64,000 nt of DNA from NCBI GenBank assembly GCA_964016885.1, contig OZ024743.1, forward strand, positions 226,672,001 through 226,736,000, read 5' to 3'. The stretch's first letter is position 1, and every line of letters begins with the position of its first letter. The translations under genes and the position numbers were made by a program. The notes below the pieces were generated by a model that searched no databases, was not told where the DNA came from, and worked only from the letters and a program-made list of their open reading frames with translations. Source of the stretch: Eledone cirrhosa. Lineage: Eukaryota. Shown in pieces: positions 14,226 through 29,417 of the stretch.

Positions 14226-15595
14226 TTAATATAGAAATAGGTTCTACAGGACTTGAACTGTTTCATTCGAAGGAATATATATATAAATATATATATATGT
14301 ATCAGGGTCTTGTTTACGTCTGAGCTGGTGTTTATATCTCCCATAACAATCCAACAAAATACAGCTCGAAAAATAAGTTTAGACTTATAGAAATATGCCT
14401 AGTCTTGATATGATGGACTAAATGAAGGCGGTGCATCAGCAGGACCTCAATTTAATAACTGAAACTAATCGAAAAATTAAAGAAGATTATAAATGAAACG
14501 GGAAGTCTAGCACCATTCAGTCTTGGGTCGCTATTTGTTGGTATTCTTTGGAGGAGTTTTATACAATATAAAATGATATTATTTCCTTAACAAAAATTTG
14601 GCTTTGTTCACGAACAAAAGAAAATATCTCTTTTACACTTTAGAAAGATGTTCATTTATTAAACAGGAAAGTCATACATTATTCCATTATTTTAATATTC
14701 TATTCTTCATATGTGTTTATATATATGAAGAATATATATATATATATATATAATAAGGGTTGACGGACCCAGCATATTTATCAATGCCAGTACCGGTTGT
14801 ATCTCAGCGCACTATGGTAATGTAAGATACATTACCAGAGTATACACAGAGTTATTTGCCTCAACACAGCACACATAAAACGGGTGCCTATAAGGTCCCC
14901 GGACTCGAGTTTCTGCCGCACTAATGCAGCAGTAAGGTGCACTGCACCATCTGTATGCATATACTATGAAACAATGCACAATCGGCCTATGCGGCTTCAT
15001 CAGCGGGCATCGCCTAATCAATAACCAATCGATCGACAGAATCCAAACACCGGCCCATGCCGGTCATGACTGTTTGTGACAACCCGCACGGCAAAGCGAT
15101 TAGTAACAAGCAAACTATAGGACTCTATCTCTCAACTAGCCACTGATTTACAAATTTTACGTGGGGACGAGAAGCTAAAAAGAATCAATCTTTTAGTTCC
15201 TGTTAGAAGCCCTCAGTCAACGTGTCTCACACACAAATTATCAAGGGGGGAAAAGATGGCTTTAGAAATAGCAGTTCGCATTGATATAAAATAGAATGGT
15301 AGCATTCGGTTCATGTCTCCAAACCCCATATATATATATATATATGTGTGTGTATGTATATAATATGATATGTTCATACACAGAACAAAAGCGCTATCCA
15401 ATGTTTCTAGGTCAAACTTTGATTAAATCACAAGAATAAAATAAAGATCAGAATTTTGACCTATCATCAGGCGCTTATACAAATTTATAAGAACATTCAT
15501 GAATAACATATTTCTGCCCTCTTCCCGATTGAGCACTGTTTTACTTTTTACCTTTTTTAAATCTACAGATATTGCTACACACACATACACGCGCA

Positions 15596-15638
<43 letters not shown>

Positions 15639-15651
15639 TTATTTATATATA

Positions 15652-15690
<39 letters not shown>

Positions 15691-15949
15691 AAACTCACCG
15701 CGGAAAAACAACCGGCTGTTCGCTTATAGTTCGCACGAGCAAGGCAATCCTCAGTCAACCGCCTAAAACCTCAGATATAATCGAGAAGCCAGAGTAGAAC
15801 AGTGCCAGCCATATTACCACTACCATTATCAACAGCGTGACTACAGAAACTAACGCCAACACCAATTGCAGCTGCAGCAACGGTAACATCAACAACAAAA
15901 TATTCAACAAATAGACACTCGAACCATCAACTTGCTTCCGCCAGTTGCA

Positions 15950-16345
15950 GACTGCGCATTAACATGTGATATCTCTCTCCACAAAGTTCGATAACCAGCA
16001 GCAGAGGTCAAAGAGCAAAGATCAAGTCCAGTCCTTGAATTGATATCGTCAAGTCATCGTTTTGGCTGCCGGCCTCTGCTTCTCCTACCAGCCAACCTTC
16101 CTTGCAAGCATAACCTTCTCACACCAGGAGTTTATCTTTTTATATGGCCGTATAGTTTGAGTAATCTTGACTTGACAATTGATGTAATTGGTCTAAGTTT
16201 GGTAATGTTGAGCAGCTCACTGATTCAGATACGGTCGCTGAGCCGCTTGCCAGTCATAAGTCTCATGATGTGGTTCTGGAATGTAGGGATTTTCTGAAGT
16301 GATCTTGTCTTCCAATTAACACAGTCAAGACCATATAACGCAACT
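15950..16345 (-). mobile_element. RTE-clade LINE 3' remnant
   Basis: Frameshifted minus-strand translation includes KLYGHI and GRLAGRRSRGRQPKR*LDDI, typical of the RTE ORF C-terminus. Confidence 0.6.
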
Positions 16346-16654
16346 GGTAGGATGTAAATATCAAAGATATTACAGTCCTCGTAGCTAAGCAGCCACTAAA
16401 TTCAGCAGCAAGCCATCTGACCAGCCAGCAAATCAAACAACCCGTTATCCCACATATAGCAAACAGCTCTAAGCCATCTGAATCCGTTGATAGCAATATA
16501 GGAAAGGGTTCCCCTTCCACCCAACCAATCGTTTTCTTCGCGGACACGACAAAACATTCTAGTAAATATATATCTCAGAGAGGAGAAAATAAAGGAGAAA
16601 AAGCAGATATTTAAAAAAAATTGAGTTACCGACTGAATCTAAACCTTCCGGATG

Positions 16655-16810
16655 ACCTGTTTCAGCAGTTTCAGCCTACAAAATTGAACTCAAATCATAG
16701 GAGTTTATCCGAGGCTATAGTAGAAGATACTATCTTAAGTTGCAGAGCATCAGGAATGAACCCACACTCATGGTTACGAAGGGAACTCTCAAACGTACAC
16801 AGCCATGACT
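16655..16810 (-). mobile_element. Degenerate SINE, third family
   Basis: Reverse strand reads catggctgtgt...gggttcattcc...tcttctactatagcctcgg; related remnants at ~10955-11085 (+) and ~54060-54240 (-). Confidence 0.5.
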
Positions 16811-16836
16811 GCTCACACACTTATTTACACACACAC

Positions 16837-16882
<46 letters not shown>

Positions 16883-17305
16883 GTGTGTCTGTGTGTATGT
16901 ATGTATGCATGTCGTATATATATATGTCGTATATATATATGTGTGTTTCATGTTTATTTATCTATTTATTAAATATATCTATTCGTTCATACATAATTCT
17001 TTCTCCCTGTTATATCCGCTTATTAATCCGTCAATTTAAACCCAGTCGATTAAACCCTAATCTCTATACTGACATCACGTTGTCCAAATATGTTCAACTC
17101 CCCACTCTGAACATAAACAACGATTCCAGAATTTTACAACTCCCCACTGACTTCATTGAATAAATAATTCGAAGATGGACTCTTCCATGATTTAATCCTT
17201 AAAATGCATCAAGTGTCTGGATTAAATTTTGTTATTTTTGTCTTATTATTTCTATATTTTTTTTAGTTTTCCTCTTTGTTGTTACTGTTGTTTATGTCAA
17301 CTGTT

Positions 17306-17380
<75 letters not shown>

Positions 17381-17593
17381 CTCTCGCTCTCTCGCTCTCT
17401 CTCTCGCTCTCTCCATCTCTCCTCTTCCCCTCTCTCTCCCCTTCTCTCTCAATCGATCTATCTATTCCCTCGTTACCTACTCCCTCTCAATTTATCTATA
17501 AAGCATTTACACACTCACGCACTCACACACACACGCACACACACACACACACACTCACACACACAAATATAGATATATATGTATGTATGTATG

Positions 17594-17624
<31 letters not shown>

Positions 17625-19740
17625 CTGTGTGTGTGTGTGTGTGTATAGTGCCTGTTTATAAATTCCTTATCCTGTTAGTTTGGTATTGCTTTAGATGTGA
17701 AGAGACTTACTTAAACAGTTAGGTCTTTATTTATACATATGCGTGGATATGTGTGCATGTGTAACATATTTATTGCATACTTAGGTCCATACGTTTTTCT
17801 CTGATAAAATCCAATCCGTAGGGGACGAGTGCACTAATAATCATTACTCTTCACGATAGTATGATTGATTCGGGGATGGACGTTGAAGCCATCAGACCAG
17901 TTCCCTGTTGCATTGAACATGATGTTAGGAACCTTTAATATGTTTGACCATCACGAAACCTAATAAATACAGCGGGGTGATACTTTAGTGTACAGTTTAC
18001 TCCAGTTTCATTTGTTTACGCTGTGAAATGGACATGGCTAGGGTTAGGGCTAAGGTCAGAGTTAGTTTATTTTGTTGGGTTAGACTAAAGTGTTGGGTTA
18101 GATTAAAGTGTAAATGACCAAGAGGGCCGCATGCTAAAGTCGCACCCACTAAAATCTTGTCCACAGATGCATTCCGTTTCAAGATCTTTTCCTAATATAT
18201 TATGAACAATATTTGTATTTGTATCTCTAAGTAAAGGGGACATCTGTACACCCATGAAATTAGAAGAGATTCGAATTCACTGAACTTTTAAATTAATGTT
18301 TCGTGACTTGACTCTATCTATTGTCGTTGGTGTATAGACCCTAGTTAAATTCCATTTCCTGTGGGATTTCGTTTCCCTTGTTTTAAATTTGTTCTCAGAT
18401 TCTTTAGCTACAAATGTGTTCGAGAATAGTGAATATTTAATTTATTAAGCCCTGTGAGAAATTTCATGTCGTTTAACAAGCTATACTTTAAAAGTATAAA
18501 ACAGGAAATGGTCAAGTCTTTCCTTTACTAAAGCAAATTTTCACTACAATCTATCTGAAATACCAAATCCAGTGTTAGTTAGTTTCTGCTAAATCATTAT
18601 AGGGTGTCAAGGATCAAATGTTACAACTGTTACAGCGTTGTAATTCCTAATATATTCAGTTTGCTTCTACGAATCTCCATTTATCCTCTCCCCGCCTCTC
18701 TCACTCTCTTTTTGTATTTCTCTCTCTTTGTATCTCTCTCGGCCTCTATCTCTCTCTATTCTTGTCTGGAGGAAATCGGCTGTGATCACGTTTGGAGAGC
18801 GATGGGCTGCGACAGGTTTAATAGAGCGCCCAAGGAATGATGTATATCGATACAGCGTCCTTACCATTCCGCAAGGAGTTATGGGTCTACCCATACATAT
18901 ATATTTAAAATTGTGCAGTCACGTAGCCTAGTAGTTAGGCACATTGTTTTATTCAGCATGAGGCTTTATCGTGCCTTATTTTGTAGGCCTAGGGTTCCTC
19001 TCATTAGAACACACAGGAGCTGTCATATGAATTACCACCTCTTTGAAGGCCAAACAAATATATATAGGTCTGAGATGTTAATTTCATATAACTTTTTAAA
19101 ATCTGAAATTCGAAGAAACCCTTTTCATGAGACAACATACCTGTGTGTCGACATACGAACCTATTATTCGTAGATCAGCAGCACAAAAACCTTCTCAATA
19201 ACTGAAGTAATCTCTGTAGAGTAAAGGGATGTGACAATGTATATAAATGGTTTCTTGGCCAAGATTTGTTTCTTAATCAAATAAAATGTTTAAATAAAAC
19301 TTAATCCGAATTCTGATCCTTTAAGTGTAAAATGAACCTGCCTGTTTTATTGAGGTATGTTTCCATAGTGGAAATTTGAGCGTAATTATAATGTTCGTCG
19401 TCCTCTTGAGAGACACTAAGTCATCATATTTCCAAGCTCAGTAATTTCATTACGTTTTTTCATCCAGATTTTTTAGCGCATTTTAAATGTTTCAAACATT
19501 CACGCACATGCACGCATACATATATACAATTATATGCACATATAAACTCAAGTACACATACATACACGCTTACACACATATACACCCACACCCACATGCA
19601 CACACAAGTGCATTACATTTACTGAAATAAGCGTAAACAGCTAATATCAAACACATGCACACTCTGATACGCACTTATTTAAACAGGCGTATTCAAACAC
19701 ACACAAGCATATGAATTAATGCATAAATGCGTGGTGCATT

Positions 19741-22281
19741 TAGTTAAATTGTGTAAAACCACAGCCGGGCTGAAAGATCTATATAAAGGTTTGTGTTTCT
19801 TCTGTCGTCCATTTTCTTCCTTTTCTCTTTTCTTCCTATCACATCTGCGTACCAATACACTTCTAGCCGCTGGTTTCTGTCCTGAGGAAAGTTTTACCCG
19901 ACGACGTCATTGACGGCATATTATGTCTTAACATCTTCTTTGGGTTGACTTCTTCTCATTATTCTACGAACTCTAAAACACTTGCGCTTAGAACTTATTC
20001 GAGATAACATTATGTGTTTTTTCATCATAGCTAAAGTAGCTTTCTATTTCGGACGGATAACATGCCAGAGGTTTGTTGACTATTTCTTTCCCTCTTCCTT
20101 TTATTTCCAACAACACAGACATCACCACAACCACCCCACCCCAACCGCCCACCCCATACACACACACAGTCACAAAACAAACACCAACACCACCATAAAC
20201 ACAATTGCGTAGCACCAAAAGAAAACTAGAGAACAAACAACAAACAGAAACATCAAAGCAAAAATCAAACCAAACTACACATACATTAAGACTACAAATA
20301 CAGACCATCACGAAAGACCACACCATCCAGACAGAAGGAAAAACCTTCACCAGCTCTAACACAGCATCATACCTAAAACTAATATGAGTTCCCACACATA
20401 CTTACAGTTTCCTAAAAAAAAAAACACCTTTCCCATGTGCCAAAAAACCCTCAACCGTGTACTCCCTAAATGTTTCCCCACCCCACCAAACACCCCCACC
20501 ACCACCAACATGGAGATCGAACAGTCCAACTTCCAGGAAATTAAAGATAAATGTTCCTTCCTTTTCCTCTCCCTAACTCTCCTTCACCGACATGGCGACT
20601 GTACGAGTTGAATGTTTTAATGTACGTGACATAGGTATATCCTGGAAACAGGGCCAACTTTTAAATGACCTCAGGTCACGCCATATAGATGTGATAGCCG
20701 TCAGCATTTCTAGGATTCACGACAAGCAACAGTTATCCCCCACCTTCGACGACTTCTCCTCCTTTCTCGAGCCACTACTGCGGAATTTGGAATTGTTGCA
20801 GAGCATCCTGATGGAAGCAGGACTACGAAAAGCAGCGTCGACCTCTGCCGATGACGTGCCCCTAATATCGAAAACCTAGGAAATCGGAGTGATCGGCAAC
20901 TTACTAGAGGAATACGAAACGCTGACGGGAGCAAAACTGAACCCGGAAAAGTCTGTTGGTTTGCAACTCGGCATGTGGAGAGGCAAATCGATGTCGTCCG
21001 ACAGCGTCGTTGCACGCTGGACGGAAGGAACGGTTAAATTGCTCAGGATCTGTTTCGGTCTAGACCTCCAAGTGGAGAAAAACTGGAACGAAGATTCGGC
21101 GAAGGTAAATGCGCTCACTCAGAAGTGGGCTGAGTGCAAATTTTCATTAAATGGTCGAGGGGTGTTGGAGAACACTTACACGGCGTCCGTAATCTACTAC
21201 CGTTTGACGGTCGTGCCTTGTCCCCGTGATCAACTCGCCAAAATGGAACGCCTGCCCTTATAGTTCCATTGGAAGAAAGAGGCTCCATTGGTGAGGAGAT
21301 CTATCAGCTGTCAACACCCTTCCAACGGAGGGCTGGCACCTCGAGTGCGATCAAGCGCTCACAGTCATGTATCAGGTGGACACGGCAATCAGCGGGGACT
21401 TCAGGTCAACATTCTATAGACGATTAGAGGAGGATAAGTGCGACGTCATTCTCGGTGAGAGTTTAGGCGTCGAAGAAGACGAACTGGCCAATCTGTTCGG
21501 GAGGACATACCGTCCAGGACCTATGGATAACTTCCAGATGTCTTTGGCCTACGATGCTACCGAGAAGCTCTACCAGTTCGAGACAATTTCAACAGGCACG
21601 GACGTCCTGACAGGTATCCCGCCAACATGACCTATCCAAGATGCGAGCTGGACTTTGAAACCATTCTGCATGCAATTGTACAGTGGCCAAGGGTGGCAGA
21701 CCTGTGGAACTATGTCGAACAGCTACTGTCACGTGTGGGTCAAATCCAGTTGTCAGCCGATACCATCGTAAGGATCACGCCGCCACCTTCATTTAAAAAC
21801 GGAGAAGCGGTTTTCCTTTGTCTGGTATCTATGGCGAAAGAGGTAATAAGGTGGACGAGGTTAAAAGGACTGAGGACTGACACCTTTCTCTCCGGACTAC
21901 AACTCATTCCCTTCTTTAAATACCACTTCAGAAGGAGAGTAGCGAGAGAGGTGCTAAACCCAAGTAAATTCGCTGAAAGATGGGTGAATGGGCCGAAAAT
22001 GGCCCGAGTGATTGGGAATTCTCTGTATATAAACCTGTTGGTGGAAGAAAACAAAAGCGAAAATACAGGAGCACTTACAAAACATGCTCCTTGCGTTGAG
22101 GATAGTTATATCTACAGGGTGTAAAACAACCCCCATTCTAACGTTCAACATTTTGGGGATTTTGATTGTTCTTTAGTATTTTATAACTGTGAAAACCTTT
22201 TTTATACGTTTAAATGTAAAATCCCCGCCATACGTCGTTTAATGTCTCATTTCTTGTTCGCCCTTGTGGCAAATGAAGAAA
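19741..22281 (+). mobile_element. Internally deleted Tx1/L1-group non-LTR retrotransposon
   Basis: APE N-terminus MATVRVECFNVR..IDVIAVS (20592) fused to RT C-terminus YETLTGAKLNPEKS..LG.W (20889) and zinc-finger PRCE..ETILHA..RV..LW (21627); A-rich 3' end near 22280. Confidence 0.85.
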
Positions 22282-24291
22282 TCTATCTAATCAGTTTGTT
22301 TCTCAGGCAAGAATCATGCCAACAGAAATATTTATTTTTTCCTTTTGCACGAGTTACATCATGTGAGACAACATCCGGTCTAAATGCTAATGATGTGTGT
22401 GATCCTCTCCCTTTTCTCCTTTATGCCACTACTTCTGCGGGTCAACTTACTTTTAGCCATTTATTTCTGTCCTTTGGAGTAAAATTTACCCGACGCTGTC
22501 TTTGACGCCATTTTACAATTTTGGTAGTTATTCTTGTTTATCCAGTGTTTCTTATTATTCTATAAGTTCTAATACAAGCCCCAATTCGATTTTCGAGAAA
22601 ACTTTGCTTATATATATATATATATATATATACAGAGAGAGAGAGGGGGGGGAGAAAGAGAGACGGAATAAATGGCGGCTACTTGTCGTATACAAATCGA
22701 TGTATGTTTTATAATAAATTTATGTAACAATGTTAAAGGATCCAATTTATATTTTAAAACATACATTAATGCAAGAAGTACGGAAAGAAGTAAAACGAAA
22801 AGAATTCATGTGTAAACTCTTTCAAAAGAATCTACAAAGGTTAGCCCGAAAGTGGTATATTAAGAATTAGCATAATATCAAGTCACAATCAAAGAGTAAA
22901 ATTAGTCTTTGATAATTATTAGAATAATTGAACTTTATATCCAAGAGTCTAATAAGAAAAATATCCATAGGAAAGCGTAAAGCATATGAAACCCTAGGGA
23001 ATTAAAAGTTAAATAATTACAATATCAATATTAAAAAAGGATGTCAAAAACAGAATTGCCCAGCTTGCTAAATGGTAAGCAAGCCAGTTTAAAAATATGT
23101 ATTTCAAACGGTATAGAGTCTGAATATTTTATTTCCGCACTCGAAGAATTATTTTTCTTTTAGTGTCCTTTTTCAAGCTAAAAGTTAAAATGTAAATCGA
23201 CCGTTTAGCCTCTTGGTGCCTTCTGCTATGCGTAGCATAGGGTATATATATATATATTCATAGTTACAAACTCGCTTGCATACACAAAGGAAACCGCACG
23301 CAACTACATCTTATTATGTATATTTACATATGAATTTCGGTAACTTTTCAGTGTGTTCACATTTTCGATAATCTGGGATAGTGAGGTTTCAGTCCGACGG
23401 TGGAAAGTAGATGTGAAGAAATTTAATAGGGGATGTTTTTTCACGGTTGTTGAAATATTTAATTTCATAGTTATTTAGATATCTCTCAAATGGTAATCGA
23501 ACTCTGGTAGTCATTTTGGTTAGCAAATTATGCAGAGCGAGAACAGTTAAGATCGTTTCAAGATTAGATGCTGTGCGGGTGTTGGACCTCCATCGGTTCA
23601 ATGACATGTGTTCAAGTTGTTTTAATTATGGAACAACCTGTTATTGAAATTAACGGAGCTCTTACTGAAATTAATAGACACCCTGTTCAATAAGGTTACA
23701 CATCTCAATTGCAGGTATAATATATTTGTAGGCGGGTAGCTGGGAACAGCTTCAATTAAATTAAGCACGCAATGAACCACAATAATCGAACTCGCGACCT
23801 TAGTATCGTAAGCCAAACACTTTTACTACGATCTCACATGACTTCTCACTGATGAAAACTATGCTGATATCAAAAACACAACAGTAAAATTTCCATTTAG
23901 TTTGAATTTTATGGTCACAGTATCAGATTAGTCCCTCACTGCCTTTGTTTGTCATTCCATTCTTCCCTTCTTGTAGCTCACGTCTTTCTCTTCTCACCAA
24001 TCTCTCATATAATTTTCGCATTCCCAGATATTTTTCTTATATTTTCTTTCTTCACATTCGGCAAATACACCAATTTGCAGATATGATATATTTTAGAACA
24101 AAACACATGCAAGATAATTATTGTGACTATGGAAATAATATCCAAAGGTTTGTGTACTGATAAAAGAACGCGTGTATAAAAACGGCCAACATATATGTAT
24201 GTATGTATCATATGGTATGGTATATATGTATGTATCTATGAATGTGTGTATGTATGTATCAAGGCATGCTTGTTTGTGTTTATGAGTAAAC

Positions 24292-24358
<67 letters not shown>

Positions 24359-25707
24359 AAGAGAGAGATACATGTGTATATAAAGTGTAACTAGTAAAAC
24401 GTTCTCATACTCATAACTACACACACAAGTATATGTCTTCATGATTGTATGTGTACGTAAGCGACTGTACAGAATTACTTGCTTCAAAAATGTGGCACAT
24501 GTATACACACATAGGCACACATTTGCTTATAAACACAGACCTAAACACACACATACACACGCACACATAAACACATACACACACACACACTCACACAGAC
24601 ACACATATATGTATATATATATATATATAATGCTTCTCTTTTTATTAATAATTTTGCGTGAATTTAAGCCAAACAAAAATGGCTAGAAGAAACAGGAAGA
24701 ATGCAACGAGATAAAAGAAATAGCAAAAACACCAATAAGATAAAACAATAAAAGCAAGTACTAAAAATAATGCATGTGAGAGAGATATAGAGGAGAGAGT
24801 GAGATGGGGGAGAGAGAGAGAGAGAGATAGATAGATATATAGATAGATAGAGAGGCAGAGAGAGAGAGCGAGCGCGAGAGAGGGAGAGAGCGAGAGATAG
24901 ACAGAGAGGGGGGGAGGGGGCTAGAAAGTGACAGAAGGATCAAGAGAGAAGGAGACCAAGTAAGAAAGAAAAATCGATAGTAATTTCATTGTTGAATCGT
25001 TATTTTCACAATTCTTAAGATGGCTGCCAACAAAAATTGGTTGACGTGAACCAATCATCCCGTAGGGTAGATTGATATCGGTCTTCAGAATTATTGATTA
25101 TTAAAATTAATTTACAGTCAAACATGTACACATATATATCTTTGGAGATGAGATATTTGTCGATATAACCCAGTTAAGAGAAAGATGGTTCAATCCAACA
25201 AAATCCAAAAGAAAATAAACAAATGCAAACATAAATACGATGCGTTGTCGAGAAATTGAATGAACTACTATAGTTTCTCTAACGAATGTTCGAAATGTTC
25301 TTATGAGAGTGCATGCAGAATCACATGCCAATACACAGACAAACATACAAACACACATACACACAGACACACATATATATAGACACACACCAACACACAT
25401 TATATATATATATATATTTATATATTTACTGTTACTCACTATGAATTCGTAATTATGAAAAAATGAGCCTTCGATAATGTAAACTGAAAAGTAATATATT
25501 ATTTATTACATGGTAAATTTTGCATGTATTTTCATAAGATACTTAATTTCCCTGTTATTAGTAGATGGAGTTCGCACTTGAAGGTGATTCACTTGTGAAG
25601 ACTAATTCTCAATAGGATTGGCAGTTAGGTTTTAAAAATGATATCTTCAAATAATGGGTTTCACATTCCAATACCATGAAATTTAAGTTCACACACACAC
25701 CGACACC

Positions 25708-25743
<36 letters not shown>

Positions 25744-26271
25744 TGGCCGCACCCAACAAGAGGATGATAGAAAACAGTTACCAGATAAATACATTTACGC
25801 AATCAAATAATAAAGCAAAGTCAACTACTAGAAAATCAACCGCTAAATAAGTCAATCTAATCAACAAAAGCTGAACCCCATAACCTAGAAATAAATATAA
25901 ACCAAATTTACATATATCATAGATAATGTAATTTTTAAAAAAGTGGATACTACACTTGTCCCCTAGAAAGAAAATGTCATTAGGCTACACTCACCCTCAA
26001 TGTCTTGTTTCCGTCAAAGGTTCTGGCTAATGAATAAATTAGCATTATACACATTGCAGAGTTCTTAATCACAAAACCATAAACGCAACCATTTTACTCT
26101 TTTGTTTATTTCTGAAAATATGGTTGTTGTTTTTTTTTCTCACCTCATGGTATGGTGGTTCATAACTGCATAACTGCCATCATTTGGTCTGCACATTGAA
26201 ATTTCGATCTGTGAAACGAGCGTTATACAACTGAGTATTAACTACTTCCGGCATTGTTATATATATATATA

Positions 26272-26515
26272 TAAGTTTATCCTGGGTTCAATCAGGGGTA
26301 ACCACAGTAAGTGAGTAGGGTCCCCAATACATAGCAGAGAATAAATGTTTAAAATATAGAAATGGCTTCTACAGGACTTGAACTGTTTCATTCGTGAGAA
26401 AAAGCTTTAGTCCTATAAAGCCATTTCTATATTATACATGTAATATTTATACTCTGCTATGTATTGAGTAATATACTTACTGCGGTTACCCCCGATTGAA
26501 CTCGGTATAAACTTA
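26272..26515. repeat. Imperfect foldback element between (TA)n runs, pLTR-derived
   Basis: taagtttatcctgggttcaatc... / ...gattgaactcggtataaactta; carries the 3' half of the HHR family seen at 46227 and 14240. Confidence 0.8.
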
Positions 26516-26882
26516 TATATATATATATATGTATATATATTTATTAAAATAACAGATTAAAGTTTAAGCAAAGAATCGCTGCTTTCACCCTTAACGGGAT
26601 CTTCTGAAACTAACAATGGCTTGCATTACAAGTATAGAAAGCCGAATAATACGCTTAATTACATGAGTAAGCATTCTAACCATCCTGTCAGCATAACCAA
26701 GAACCTGGTAAGAAACGTTTCTTTGAGGCTTTCCCGTCTAACTACTAACGAGCATATTTTCAACGACCATTCCACATATTACAATGAAGCTCTTGCTCGG
26801 ATTGGATTTGTCGATATGGTAGCATATACAGAGTACGGAATAGACCTAGAAGAAATAGATCCCGACGCATTATATGGTATAA

Positions 26883-27072
26883 AGCGCGGTGGATTGGCAG
26901 TATCGGTAGAGGGTCGGGACGCCATGCTTTGAAGCATAGAGTTACCACCCTTTATGATCTGAGTTCAAATCCCGCCGAGGTTAACTTTGCCTTTCATCCT
27001 TACGGGGTCGATAAAATAAAGTACCAGTAATACACTGGGAAAATTGCTGGCCTTGTGCCAAAAGTAGAAACA
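26883..27072 (+). mobile_element. SINE family A inserted in the PLE ORF
   Basis: Flanking duplication attatatggtataa splits the PLE WYNPPY motif. Confidence 0.9.
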
Positions 27073-28120
27073 ATTATATGGTATAACCCACCATATAATA
27101 TGGAGGTGGCCACACCATTAGCTAAGATCTTTCTCTCCATTATTATGAAGCATTTTCCCCCTACACATAAATATAGTAACATTTTTAATAGAAATACTAT
27201 TAAAATGTCTCACTCTACGACTCCTAACCTTGCACATAACATCACAGCTTCAAATTAAGCTAAACTACCTAACCGCAGGAACACGTGCAACCCTGTAGTT
27301 AGTACTAACTGTAATTGTAGGAATCGGGTTGACTGCCCCCTATCCGGGAAATGCCTCTCTAGTAACATTATCTACAAATGTAAGGTTGAACCACCCACGT
27401 CCCATAGGGCATACATAGGGTTAACCGCCAATAGATTCAAGCAGCGTCTTTACATGCATACCCATTCTTTTCGTTACCCTTTAAGAAGGAATATGACGTC
27501 ACTTTCAGCTTATATCTGGAGCCTTAAAGACAACCACACCCAATATAAGTTACACTGGGAGATCCTAACTAGATTAGATCGTATAACGGAAATAAAAGAC
27601 CACGTAACCTCTGCGCCGCCGAGGCCCTGGAAATACTCTACGCCAAAGACCACATCTTAAACAAAAAATGTAAGGCAATTTCGGCTTGTAAACATAAATT
27701 GCACAAAACCTTCCTGTATTACAGCCCCACATTATACCCTAACGGTTAGTACAAACTATACGCGGATATTTTACGTCTTGATGTGGTAGCTAAGTATATT
27801 TATGTTTATACCATTACTTATTTGTATATGTAAGTATATATTACCTGTATGTTTTGTGAAGTACGTATATTTAATTATATATGTTATGGCGTATATATTA
27901 TATATTCTGGTACATATGCTTTTGGTTATGTGTATACTTGAGTTTTGCGTCTGTGTGAGTATGCGGGTTCGTACGTATATAGGGTGTGTGTATATGTGTA
28001 CTTTGTGTTTTGGTTGACGTTCTTCTCTGAACATATGTGTATTTACATGTAGGTATGTGTGTGCACTTGTTATATACGTATTTATTTATTTATATACGTT
28101 TATTTAATTATATGTATACA

Positions 28121-28267
<147 letters not shown>

Positions 28268-28516
28268 TTTTATGTGTATTTGGTGCATACATTCGTATGC
28301 ATGTGGGTACAGGCGTTGCGTGGGTTCTGTATGTGTGTGCGGGTTGTTTTTTTTGTGTACGTGCGTGTATTTGTATACCTATGGCGAGTGTTTTCGCGTA
28401 TGCTTGTGTATGTACGTATATGGATGCGTGTATGTATTTATTCAATCTCAATTACCTCTGTATTTTATTTACTTTATTCTTAACTCTGAAGCCGAGAATC
28501 ATACGATTTCCTAGTT

Positions 28517-28795
28517 AGAATTTTAGTCTACGACTTCAGTTATACCATTTACGTGGTTTTGTCTTTGCGTGCAATTGTTCTCTCCGCTCCACATATAACG
28601 TATTATCTTCGTTTTTTTCGTTCATTGCTAGAGAACGTCTCTATGAACCACCTAATAGAATATTAGTCTACGACTTCTTTTATACCATAAACGTGGTTTT
28701 GTCTTTGCGTGTAATTGCTTTTCACCGCTCCAAATAATGTCGTATTATATTCGTTTTTTACCGTTCTTTGCCATGGAACGTTTCCACGAACCAAA
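28517..28795 (+). repeat. Two diverged tandem copies of a ~140-bp unit in the PLE 3' UTR
   Basis: tagaat.ttagtctacgacttc...acgtggttttgtctttgcgtg at 28517 and ~28656. Confidence 0.85.
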
Positions 28796-29264
28796 GTATC
28801 GTCTACCTGTCTTCCTGCGGTTGCAACGTTTTTTGAAATATTCACTTCTGCGTTCACAGATTGACTTTGTTAGTTTCAGAAGATCCCATTAAGGGTGAAA
28901 GCAGCGATTCTTTGCTTAAACTTTAATCTGTTATTTTAATAAATATTTGCTCTACGGTTCTTATATATTTGATATATTTTTATCCTTTTCGAGCCCTCTT
29001 TGGATTTTAGTCTTCAAATTTATTATTATTACTATATATATATATATATATATATATCGTTTCTGAATTTGTTTAGCAAGATTCTTTATCTGAAATCGTG
29101 TGTTGAAACCGATATTGTTATACTTTGGGAGGGTCATGTTGCCAATAAGAAACACACGCACCAGTTGCTTTCACTTCAATTTAATTTAATATATATTTAT
29201 AAATTTATAAATTTCTGGTTGGTTGGTTGGTTCCACAACCAGATAGTTGTTTATATATATATAT

Positions 29265-29309
29265 AGTCATAGTTCTTTCGTCACACACTCTGTGACCTCT
29301 TCAGTGACT
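29265..29309 (-). ncRNA. Minimal type I hammerhead ribozyme
   Basis: Mirror of 29373-29417. Confidence 0.85.
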
Positions 29310-29372
29310 GGGGATTTCTTTCTTCGTTTCTGTGCCTTTCCTTTCTTCTATCCTACGAAGAAAGAAATCCCC

Positions 29373-29417
29373 AGTCACTGAAGAGGTCACAGAGTGTGTG
29401 ACGAAAGAACTATGACT
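29373..29417 (+). ncRNA. Minimal type I hammerhead ribozyme
   Basis: agtca CUGAAGA g gtcaca-gagtg-tgtgac GAAA gaac UA tgact. Confidence 0.85.

Noticed and set aside
14315-14395. ctgagctg...cagctcgaaaaataag...cttata HHR-like motif
   Set aside because: Core incomplete, extra As after GAAA, stem I unconvincing.
14960-15010. Minus-strand CUGAUGA-agcc-gcata-ggcc-GA hammerhead 5' half
   Set aside because: GAUU instead of GAAA, and no stem I or III partner; at best a truncated relic.
16645-16760. Minus-strand CUGAUGC...GAAA
   Set aside because: Better explained as a decayed SINE; non-canonical core.
18035-18105. TTAGGG-like motifs
   Set aside because: Only one or two degenerate units; not a telomeric array.
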